A stretch of 32,000 bases of DNA from Methanobrevibacter sp. (GTDB taxonomy: Archaea; Methanobacteriota; Methanobacteria; Methanobacteriales; Methanobacteriaceae). Shown piece by piece: positions 8,557-17,809 of this stretch. The first letter of the stretch is position 1. Every line of letters begins with the position of its first letter. Under the pieces are notes generated by a model that saw only the letters and a list, made by a program, of their open reading frames with translations, was not told the origin of the DNA and did not search any database. The translations under genes were made by a program, and so were the position numbers. The stretch covers positions 2,499 through 34,498 of the forward strand of contig NZ_JBGVFE010000115.1 of NCBI RefSeq assembly GCF_045120835.1, read 5' to 3'.

Positions 8557-9618
8557 TCTGCAAACTTTTTCTATTCTTTTTCTTAGTTTTTCAACGGAAT
8601 TTCCAAGTACAAGTGCAGTAAACATTGCTCCTCCGGCTCCGGCACCTTCCTTTACAAATCCCTTAAGGTAATTCTTCAATCCTTCATGTTCGGATTCTTC
8701 AAATCTCGGGTCAACCACATTGACGGTAATGCCGTCATCAATCTGTTCCAGAATTCCGAAGAGATCTGCTGTTTCATCTGCGGCCACGAATACTGTAGTT
8801 GCCAGATTGATTCTTGAAAAGTCGAATGTTGGCTGAATGGATTTGATTACCGCACAGGTTGCTGCCATCTGTGTTCCACCTGCTAAAATAATAGGAATGT
8901 CTGAACCCAATACCAGTCCGGCAACTGCAGGAATTGTAGGGTCTCCTACCGCACCGATTGCCTGCATGGCATCCGCTTCACCGGGGGTGATTCCGGCATT
9001 TTCAAGCCCTTCATTGACGGTATCTGATTTCAGGTCATGAGGGTTGTGCGGCATGCTTCCGCTCACTTTCTCGTTTGCCTCATATCCCAGTGCTTTTAAA
9101 ACTCCCAATGCGGTTGTGGTTCCGGCGGCTATGCTTTCACCAATTATGAGCATTTCATGCCTTTGTGAGAGTTCATTACCTAAATCCTTTGCGTTTTCGA
9201 ATATTTCCAACGGATTTAAAACGCCTTTCCCGGTTCTTATGTCCCTTCCGTATTCGCTTCCCAAATTGACGTATTCGACATCCGGCTTGATTTTGGAACC
9301 TGCATCAACAATAACAAATGGGATATTTGAAACCTGAAGTGCCGCTTTTGTAAGTCTTGCAGGTGTTGGCGCCGCTGCATCTCCCACCACGGTTTCTGCC
9401 GGTGCTTCACAGCATCTGACTTCTCCCAAAACCATGAATTCGGCATCTCCTGCCGGTGTATATTCAGTCAAATCGGCTGATGGGCCCGCTCCTGAGATTC
9501 CTTCTATCAGGGAAGTTTCTGTTGTTCCTATTGTAAGTAAAAATACTGCTTCGTCTTCTGCTTCCTGCAGCCTTTCTATCAGTTCATATGAACCGTAAGT
9601 TGTAACGCCATCAATCAT
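8554..9618 (-). CDS. cobT: Archaeal-type nicotinate-nucleotide:dimethylbenzimidazole phosphoribosyltransferase (UPF0284/MJ1598 family CobT)
   Basis: Family-like segments include TIGTTETSLIEGISGAGP, IAAGTTTA and ILAGGTQMAA. I prefer the ATG at 9618, preceded by the SD GGTGA with 5-nt spacing, over the GTG at 9627 in the ORF track. Confidence 0.75.
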   Translation of the reverse strand: MIDGVTTYGSYELIERLQEAEDEAVFLLTIGTTETSLIEGISGAGPSADLTEYTPAGDAEFMVLGEVRCCEAPAETVVGDAAAPTPARLTKAALQVSNIPFVIVDAGSKIKPDVEYVNLGSEYGRDIRTGKGVLNPLEIFENAKDLGNELSQRHEMLIIGESIAAGTTTALGVLKALGYEANEKVSGSMPHNPHDLKSDTVNEGLENAGITPGEADAMQAIGAVGDPTIPAVAGLVLGSDIPIILAGGTQMAATCAVIKSIQPTFDFSRINLATTVFVAADETADLFGILEQIDDGITVNVVDPRFEESEHEGLKNYLKGFVKEGAGAGGAMFTALVLGNSVEKLRKRIEKVCR

Positions 9619-10108
9619 CCTTTTCACCTTGCCTTTTCAGTAAGTCTATAATAATCTTGTTCTGATTAATAATCTTCTTGTTTTGGAGCATGATCTTTTT
9701 CAGCATTTCATCCTGTGACAGTTCGCTGTCTGTCTTGAATGTCTGACCGTCTCTTGCTCTAGGTGGAATTTTAATCTGTTCTTTTGGAGGAAGCTTGTCA
9801 TCTGCCTTAGGAGGAATGACTCCCTTGGAGGCGCTGTCTTCTCTTGAGACAAAATCAACGTATCTGTGTGTTACCTTGTTTTTTGACCTTTCATCCAAAA
9901 GTTCCATCAGTCTGTCGTCCACCGCATCGACACCATCCAGCTGTTCCAGCTCCACTTCATGTATCAATCGCTTTTGAATGTTGTATGCATTGTAAATCGG
10001 TATTCCACGTGTATTGCATTCGTTTTTAAACATGTCGTGGATGTTGATGTCTCCGGTTAATTGTTTTACTCTCTTTTGTTCTGGAGTATTAGCACTATAA
10101 AATCCCAT
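9611..10108 (-). CDS. Hypothetical protein (165 aa) with a globular N-domain, a [ILV]PP[KR] triple repeat and a C-terminal coiled-coil-like tail
   Basis: It is the only long ORF here and the coding strand matches the cobT operon. The stop overlaps the cobT ATG in ATGATTGA, an 8-nt overlap. The SD-like GTGA lies upstream of the ATG. I recognise no family. Confidence 0.55.
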   Translation of the reverse strand: MGFYSANTPEQKRVKQLTGDINIHDMFKNECNTRGIPIYNAYNIQKRLIHEVELEQLDGVDAVDDRLMELLDERSKNKVTHRYVDFVSREDSASKGVIPPKADDKLPPKEQIKIPPRARDGQTFKTDSELSQDEMLKKIMLQNKKIINQNKIIIDLLKRQGEKDD

Positions 10109-10178
10109 ATTTTCACTTATGTTTTTTGAAATTAAAAAATATTTTTATATTTTTAAATGTAATATACTAATTAATTAA

Positions 10179-11786
<1,608 letters not shown>

Positions 11787-11794
11787 GGTGGATG

Positions 11795-12607
11795 TTATTT
11801 GGATAGTGTTTTTTTAACGAAGTTTGTGTCGACTTTTGCAATTCTGGCGATTTCGTCTATTTTGAATCCTTCTTTTTCTAGACTGATTACAAATTCTTTT
11901 TTTGTTTCATCTACTTTTCTTTGTGCGTAGTCTTCTACTATTTTCATGTTTCCACCTGTGATATTTGATATTGTTGTGTTCAGCGATTCGTCTTCAACGA
12001 ACTTGTCACACAACATCAATATTACTCCTTTTGCAAATTGTCCTAAATCCTCATCTAAATCATGTATATTTGTTATGGTAACTGCTGAGTTTAGGATATT
12101 AATTTCTATATTCTTATCGGAACTCATAAAGCAAAGTAAGCTTATCATGAGTAACTCCTTTGTTGTAAAGTTATCGTTACTTCCTATTTTAGAGTTCATC
12201 ATATTTAAAAATTTGTCTCCATCAATGTATTTGAGTGAATGGATATATATTGGAAATATTGCGTCTTCACTTACCTTATACCATTTTGTCCGTTCTCTTT
12301 CGGCTGTACTCAAAACATGGACTTCTATGGGTTTTTTGGATTTGACTTTGACATGGTCGAACAATGCCGTATAGAATCTGAACCTTCTTTTGTCTCTGGT
12401 GTTGACCTTGTAGCTTTGAAATTCGAAAATTATTATTTTGTCCTCCAGTTCCATAATAAGGTCGGGCTTATACATTTTCGGATCGATGGTGCTCCACTCC
12501 GTTTGGTGGAGTTTGACTATCTTTCCTTCGATTTGAATGAGGTCTATCAGGTCCTGACCATAGATTTCTCCATGATTTTTGAAAATTACGTCTTCGTGGA
12601 ACTTCAC
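11795..12607 (-). CDS. Rpn/YhgA-like PD-(D/E)xK recombination-promoting nuclease (putative transposase family), orphan
   Basis: The N-terminal HEDVIFK resembles the HDxxFK motif. PDLIMELEDKIIIFEFQS gives D...E-x-Q-S, followed by RRFRFY, as in Rpn/TIGR01784-type proteins. The C-terminus has an HTH-like GFKIDEIARIAKV. The likely start is GTG at 12607, preceded by a perfect SD GAGGTGA plus 5 nt. The GTG at 12616 in the ORF track lies inside that SD. Confidence 0.6.
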   Translation of the reverse strand: MKFHEDVIFKNHGEIYGQDLIDLIQIEGKIVKLHQTEWSTIDPKMYKPDLIMELEDKIIIFEFQSYKVNTRDKRRFRFYTALFDHVKVKSKKPIEVHVLSTAERERTKWYKVSEDAIFPIYIHSLKYIDGDKFLNMMNSKIGSNDNFTTKELLMISLLCFMSSDKNIEINILNSAVTITNIHDLDEDLGQFAKGVILMLCDKFVEDESLNTTISNITGGNMKIVEDYAQRKVDETKKEFVISLEKEGFKIDEIARIAKVDTNFVKKTLSK

Positions 12608-12780
12608 TTTTTTCACCTCGTTTATTTTTTAATTTGGATTTAAATGGATATAAATCTTTTGATATGAATTTGAAGCAATATTTAAGTGTAATTATTAAAA
12701 AATAAGTCCAAATAAATATTTACTTTTCTCAATAATTCTTTTAAATCATTTTCACTAAACCAACACCTATAATAAAAATC

Positions 12781-13350
12781 ATGAATATAGTTAAAAATAT
12801 GATAACATTTATAACTGGTAACGAACATAAAGTAAAAGAAGCAGAGAATATTTTCAAAGATTATGACATTACTCTGGAGCATATTGATTTGGGCTACGAA
12901 GAACCTCAGGGAACTCTCGAGGAAGTGGCTCTATCAGGCGCAAAATATGCCAGTCGTAAACTTGACAAACCTGTGATTGTAGAAGATGCTGGTTTATTCA
13001 TTAAGGCTTTAAACGGATTTCCAGGAACCTATTCACATTATGTTCAGGATACCATTGGAAATCAGGGAATTTTAAAGTTATTGAAGGATACTCAAGACCG
13101 TTATGCCGAATTCAGGTCAGTTATTGGGTACTGTGCCCCCAATTCTGAGCCCAAGACTTTTTTAGGCAAGGTCGAAGGTGAAATCGCAGTTGACCAAAGA
13201 GGAGATTTAGGATTTGCATTTGATCCTTTATTTTACGTTCCAAGTCTGGATAAGACTTTCGGAGAACTTACAACTGATGAGAAAAACCAGTTTTCACATA
13301 GAAAAAATTCATTAATAAAATTTATTGAATGGTATTCCAGTCAAGAGTAA
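12781..13350 (+). CDS. Non-canonical purine NTP pyrophosphatase (HAM1/RdgB/ITPase family)
   Basis: [34 protein letters not shown] and FSHRKNSL are present. An alternative start at ATG 12799 (MITFITGN) is equally plausible. Confidence 0.88.
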   Translation: MNIVKNMITFITGNEHKVKEAENIFKDYDITLEHIDLGYEEPQGTLEEVALSGAKYASRKLDKPVIVEDAGLFIKALNGFPGTYSHYVQDTIGNQGILKLLKDTQDRYAEFRSVIGYCAPNSEPKTFLGKVEGEIAVDQRGDLGFAFDPLFYVPSLDKTFGELTTDEKNQFSHRKNSLIKFIEWYSSQE

Positions 13351-13409
13351 CATTATTTTCTGTTTATTGGGCTTATTTAAGATTTAAAAAATTTAAAGAG
13401 GTTTATATT

Positions 13410-13808
13410 ATGGCAAGACCAGAATGGGTAACTTATAGTGACGAAGAAATTGAAGAAATGATTTTAAAATTTAACAGAGAAGGTAAAAGTACCTCAGAAA
13501 TCGGTATTATCCTAAGAGATCAATACGGTATTCCATCAGTAAAGGACGTTACCGGTGAAAGAATCACTCAAATCTTAAAAAGAAACGGTCAAGCTGGTGA
13601 ATATCCTGAAGATTTATTAAACTTAATCAAAAGGGCAGTTAACATCAGAGACCACTTAGAAGAAAATCCTAAAGATTTACACTCTAAAAGAGGATTAACT
13701 ATTATCGAAGCTAGAATCAGAAAATTAGCATCTTACTACGTAAGTGAAGGTGCATTGCCTGAAGGATGGAGATATAATCCAAAAGAAGCAGCACTCCTTG
13801 TTAAATAA
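13410..13808 (+). CDS. rps15: 30S ribosomal protein S15 (uS15, S13e-like archaeal form)
   Basis: The sequence [45 protein letters not shown] is typical archaeal S15. The SD AAGAGGT lies 7 nt upstream. The upstream extension in the ORF track from 13329 was rejected. Confidence 0.93.
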   Translation: MARPEWVTYSDEEIEEMILKFNREGKSTSEIGIILRDQYGIPSVKDVTGERITQILKRNGQAGEYPEDLLNLIKRAVNIRDHLEENPKDLHSKRGLTIIEARIRKLASYYVSEGALPEGWRYNPKEAALLVK

Positions 13809-13827
13809 GGCCAGTGAAGCAACTGAT

Positions 13828-15132
13828 ATGCTTAAGGAGCATATCGAAAAAGACAGCGTTATAAGAGTTATCTCTCATAACGATGCTGATGGTATATCAG
13901 CGGCAGCGGTTATAGCCAATGCTTTGGCCGAAGAGGATGTTCAGTTCCACACCACCATTGTCCCTCGTCTTAAGGAGGACATGGTAAATCAGCTTAGAAG
14001 CGAAAAGTATGATCTGTTCATCTTTTCCGACATGGGAAGTCCATTCATTAAGGAATTCAACACATATAAGCATGACGTTATAGTTGCTGACCACCACCAG
14101 GTGGATGATACTCCTTCCGAGAGCAACGTTATCCACATCAACCCTCATTTATTTGGAATTGACGGCAGCAGAGATTTATGCGGTGCAGGTTCGGCTTACC
14201 TTACAGTTCGTGAACTTGACAAGAAGCATCTTGCATACTTTGCACTCGTCGGTGCTTTCGGCGATATGCAGGGTCAGGAAGGATTTACCGGAATGAACAA
14301 GATGATTCTGGATGATGCCATTGAAAGCGGGGCTGTTGAAGTTCATGAAGGTTTAAAGATAGTTTCAAAGGCTTCAGAACCTATATTCAAATCTTTGGCA
14401 TATACATTCTCACCTCCGTTGCCTACAATCAGCGGGGATCTGGATGGCGCCCGTGAATTCCTTGAAAAGATGAATCTGTCATATGGCATAAAATTCACAG
14501 ACCTTGAGGATGAGGAAAAGGACCTTCTCAAGGATGCATTAATCAGCATCAATCCTGATATCTTTGGGGACTGCTACACACTTCCAAAGGAAATACCATT
14601 GCTTCAGGATTTGGAGGAGTATTCCTATATTCTTGATGCCTGCGGCAAAAACAAAAAGCAGGGTTTGGGATTGAGCATCGCACTTGGCGAGCGTGAAAAG
14701 GCTCTCGATGCGGCCTTGAGACTGCAGCGCCAGTACCGTGACCAGATTGTCAAGGGTCTTGAATGGATTAAAAAGAACGGTGCCGAACAGCTGAATACTA
14801 TTCAATACTTATATTCAGAAGATAAGGTATTGAAATCAGTAATGGGAACCATTGCAAGCATAGGCTTGTCAGTTGAACTTTTGGATAATTCAAAACCGGT
14901 CATCGGAATGTCAAGGCTTCACAAGGACATTAAGATTTCCGGACGTACCACCCGTGACATGGTTGCACAGGGAGTCAATCTGGGCCAGGCCCTTAGAGAT
15001 TCCTCAAACAACTTCACAGGAACCGGCGGAGGTCACGACATTGCAGCCGGAGCTATGATACCATATGAAGCAAAGGACAGCTTCCTTCATTTGGTGGATG
15101 AAATGGTTGAATATCAATTAAACGGTGATTAA
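13828..15132 (+). CDS. RecJ-like DHH/DHHA1 phosphoesterase (archaeal RecJ/Cdc45-like nuclease)
   Basis: The DHH motifs are [15 protein letters not shown] and VADHHQ. The DHHA1 motif is [10 protein letters not shown]. The start is uncertain between ATG 13828 and TTG 13798. The ORF-track start at 13744 lies inside rps15. Confidence 0.85.
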   Translation: MLKEHIEKDSVIRVISHNDADGISAAAVIANALAEEDVQFHTTIVPRLKEDMVNQLRSEKYDLFIFSDMGSPFIKEFNTYKHDVIVADHHQVDDTPSESNVIHINPHLFGIDGSRDLCGAGSAYLTVRELDKKHLAYFALVGAFGDMQGQEGFTGMNKMILDDAIESGAVEVHEGLKIVSKASEPIFKSLAYTFSPPLPTISGDLDGAREFLEKMNLSYGIKFTDLEDEEKDLLKDALISINPDIFGDCYTLPKEIPLLQDLEEYSYILDACGKNKKQGLGLSIALGEREKALDAALRLQRQYRDQIVKGLEWIKKNGAEQLNTIQYLYSEDKVLKSVMGTIASIGLSVELLDNSKPVIGMSRLHKDIKISGRTTRDMVAQGVNLGQALRDSSNNFTGTGGGHDIAAGAMIPYEAKDSFLHLVDEMVEYQLNGD

Positions 15133-15133
15133 T

Positions 15134-16321
15134 ATGTTTTTGACAAAAAAGGAACAGGAAATGTGTGATGGGGAGTATGGAGAAACCATCAGGAAAAGCA
15201 TGGACATTCTCGTAGCGTTGGGAGATATTTACGGCGCTTCCAAATTGGTTGACATCACTTCTGCTCAGGTATCAGGTGTTTCCTACAAGACAATCGGGGA
15301 TGCAGGTCTTGAATACCTGCAGGATTTGGCTAAGGACGGTTCAGCAAAAGCTACTATCAACGCTTCACTCAATCCGCCGGGAACCGATCTGGACAATTGG
15401 AAAAGTCTTGGATTTCCGGAATATTTTGCCGTCAAACAGAATGAAATCGTAGACGCCTATGCCGAGTTGGGAATCCTTAAGACATGTACCTGTACACCAT
15501 ATCTTGTCGGTAACGTTCCAAGGTTCAGGGATCATGTATCATGGTCAGAATCATCTGCGGTAGCTTACGTAAACTCAGTAATCGGAGCTAGGACAAACCG
15601 TGAAGGAGGGCCGGCAGCCCTTGCAGCGGCAATTGTCGGCAAGACTCCGCTTTACGGATTCCATCTTGAGCAAAACCGTAAGGCCAACCTTGTTGTCAAT
15701 GTCGATACCGAACTGCACGGTGCCGACTTTGGTGCATTGGGCTATATCATCGGAAAGTTCATCGGTGGGGGAATTCCATACTTTAAAATGCAGAACACTC
15801 CAAACAACAATAATCTGAAGACCCTGGGTGCGGCTCTTGCCTCATCAGGTTCCGTTGCACTTTACCATGTTGAGGATGTAACTCCGGAGCATGACTTGAA
15901 TTCTGTCGATGAAATCGAGGATACGATGTTCATCACAGACAAGGAAATCCGACAAACCCGTGAAAGCCTATCAACAACCGACAGGCAAATCGACCTTGTC
16001 TGTCTTGGATGTCCTCATTCTTCCCTTGAGGAAATTAAGGAAGTTGCAGCTATTGTTGATGGAAAAACAATCAAAAACAAGTTATGGGTTTGCACATCAG
16101 TTAGCGTAAAGGCAACCGCCGACAGAATGGGATATACAGAAATAATCGAATCTGCAGGCGGAAATATTGTATGCGACACCTGCATGGTTGTAGCGCCAAT
16201 CGAAGAGATGGGCTTTGAGGTAATCGGTGTGAATTCCGCAAAGGCCGCAAATTACGTTCCGTCAATGTGCGGACTTGATGTTGTTTATGATGACACAAAA
16301 AATCTTATTCAGTTTGAATAG
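15134..16321 (+). CDS. Aconitase X catalytic subunit (DUF521), the phosphomevalonate dehydratase large subunit of the archaeal mevalonate pathway
   Basis: The N-terminus is [15 protein letters not shown], followed by [13 protein letters not shown]. Candidate Fe-S Cys ligands are conserved (CTCTPY, CLGCPH, CDTC). A perfect SD GGTGAT lies 4 nt upstream of ATG 15134. Confidence 0.75.
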   Translation: MFLTKKEQEMCDGEYGETIRKSMDILVALGDIYGASKLVDITSAQVSGVSYKTIGDAGLEYLQDLAKDGSAKATINASLNPPGTDLDNWKSLGFPEYFAVKQNEIVDAYAELGILKTCTCTPYLVGNVPRFRDHVSWSESSAVAYVNSVIGARTNREGGPAALAAAIVGKTPLYGFHLEQNRKANLVVNVDTELHGADFGALGYIIGKFIGGGIPYFKMQNTPNNNNLKTLGAALASSGSVALYHVEDVTPEHDLNSVDEIEDTMFITDKEIRQTRESLSTTDRQIDLVCLGCPHSSLEEIKEVAAIVDGKTIKNKLWVCTSVSVKATADRMGYTEIIESAGGNIVCDTCMVVAPIEEMGFEVIGVNSAKAANYVPSMCGLDVVYDDTKNLIQFE

Positions 16322-16420
16322 GGTTTTTAATTCTTTTTTTTAAATAATTTTTTCCAGTTTGGCAAACTATTAAATTAAATAAAATCCAAAAAGTATAACT
16401 AGAAATTATAAGGGATTACT

Positions 16421-17809
16421 ATGAATTATTTAGTTGTTGGTGCTGGAAATGCGAGTAGGCCTGTTGCAAGACTGCTTAATTATTTGGGCCATAAAGTTAT
16501 TATAACTGATTTAAAGGAAATGTCTGAGTTTAAACCAATATATCAGACATGGCTGGCTAAAATGGAAGGTGAAGGAATAATTTTGGACCTGAAAAATCCC
16601 GAACCTACCTTGGATGGTATTGAAGCGGTTTATATGCCTCCTACTTTGCCTGAAGATGCTCCGATAGCAAAACTAATCGCCGAAAGTGATGTTGAGGTTT
16701 TAACCAATGAGGAATTCTCCAGGATGGTCAATGAACTTGTTCCGGCAGACATTATTGGAATATCCGGATCCATGGGAAAGACAACCACAACCTCCCTTAT
16801 AACAAGCGTATTTAAGGCGGCAGGCCATAAGGTATGGTCCTGTTCATCACTTGCAAACAATCTGGTTTCAGAAACTATCATTGATGGAATAGTCACAGGA
16901 AAAGCCGAAAACTGTGACATAGCTGTTTTTGAACTTCCTCATGGGACTCTGGGTCTTTTGAACAGCTTGGATATCAAAATTGGGGTATTGTCCTATTTGA
17001 CCAAGGAACATCTCAATGAGTTCGGAGGATCCTATGAAAAATACATGGAACGTAAACTTATTATTCAGGACATCAGCGAAACATTCATAGCAAATAGGGA
17101 ATGTGCAACCCAAACCAATCTTTTGAGGGATGACACTATTTTTTATGCAATGGATGGGGATGTCGACTTTAAGGGAACCAGAATCGACAATTCACTGACA
17201 GTCAAATATGACGGAGGAGAGTTCACCGCACCCTTCAGCATGATGAGCTACTTTTTTGAAAATGCGGTTGGAGCTGCAGCTGTTGGCATAAACTATGGAA
17301 TATCACCAGAAGATATCATTAAGGCATTATCCACATTTGAAGGGCTTTCTGCACACATGGAGGATTACGGTGACTACAACGGCAGAAAGGTAGTTATTGA
17401 TGCAGCATTCCTTCCGGATGGAATAAGGGCCACACTGGATTATTTTGAAGGCGAAAGCCTTGTGGTGTTCCTTGACCACTTCGACACATCCTGGGTAAGG
17501 GACAAGGCCGAGGTCGGCCGAATTTTCGATGAATACGATAATATAAAAGCGGTTCTTGCAAGCGGATTTGACGAATCGATTCAAAAGGTGGAAATCCACA
17601 TTGCATATGAAATCCTGGATGCGATAACCAATGAGGACATTGTAAAGGTTGCAACAGATACTCTTGAAGAGGCGGCAGCATTGTCCTTCAAGTATTCCGA
17701 ACCTGGAGACATTATATTGCACATGGGACCTCTCATATCATTTGACAGAATTAACATTTTAAATAAAATCAACAAGGGACTTAAAGACGGGAGCAAAAAG
17801 TATGTATAA
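16421..17809 (+). CDS. Mur-ligase family protein (pseudomurein peptide ligase paralog with a MurD-like Rossmann N-terminus)
   Basis: The N-terminus is VVGAGNASRPVARLL. The P-loop is GISGSMGKTTTTSLI and the central ligase domain is present. The DYAHNP-type motif has diverged to VVIDAAFLPDG. Confidence 0.75.
   Translation: MNYLVVGAGNASRPVARLLNYLGHKVIITDLKEMSEFKPIYQTWLAKMEGEGIILDLKNPEPTLDGIEAVYMPPTLPEDAPIAKLIAESDVEVLTNEEFSRMVNELVPADIIGISGSMGKTTTTSLITSVFKAAGHKVWSCSSLANNLVSETIIDGIVTGKAENCDIAVFELPHGTLGLLNSLDIKIGVLSYLTKEHLNEFGGSYEKYMERKLIIQDISETFIANRECATQTNLLRDDTIFYAMDGDVDFKGTRIDNSLTVKYDGGEFTAPFSMMSYFFENAVGAAAVGINYGISPEDIIKALSTFEGLSAHMEDYGDYNGRKVVIDAAFLPDGIRATLDYFEGESLVVFLDHFDTSWVRDKAEVGRIFDEYDNIKAVLASGFDESIQKVEIHIAYEILDAITNEDIVKVATDTLEEAAALSFKYSEPGDIILHMGPLISFDRINILNKINKGLKDGSKKYV

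Noticed and set aside
11946-12643. Two plus-strand ORFs (142 aa and 134 aa) antisense to the Rpn-like gene.
   Set aside because: They are Phe/Ser/Leu-rich and low in complexity, with no motifs or SD. The minus-strand frame has family hallmarks and a perfect SD.
11787-12780. The possibility that the Rpn-like gene is part of an IS or transposon.
   Set aside because: I could not find terminal inverted repeats or target-site duplications in the flanks. The only shared element is an 8-mer ATTTGGAT. No transposase of a known IS family is present, and Rpn proteins are not bona fide autonomous transposases.
11795-13350. GC-content dip as proof of horizontal transfer of the Rpn-like gene.
   Set aside because: My hand counts of 60-nt samples vary widely, even within the neighbouring core gene HAM1 (27-50%). 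Composition alone is not decisive, so it is kept only as weak supporting evidence.
13329-13409. 5' extensions of track ORFs: rps15 from 13329, recJ-like from 13744, AcnX from 15125, TIM-barrel from 22794, htpX from 30631, cobT from 9627 and Rpn-like from 12616.
   Set aside because: The downstream starts have proper SD spacing or match family N-termini. The extensions overlap upstream genes or consist of the SD itself.
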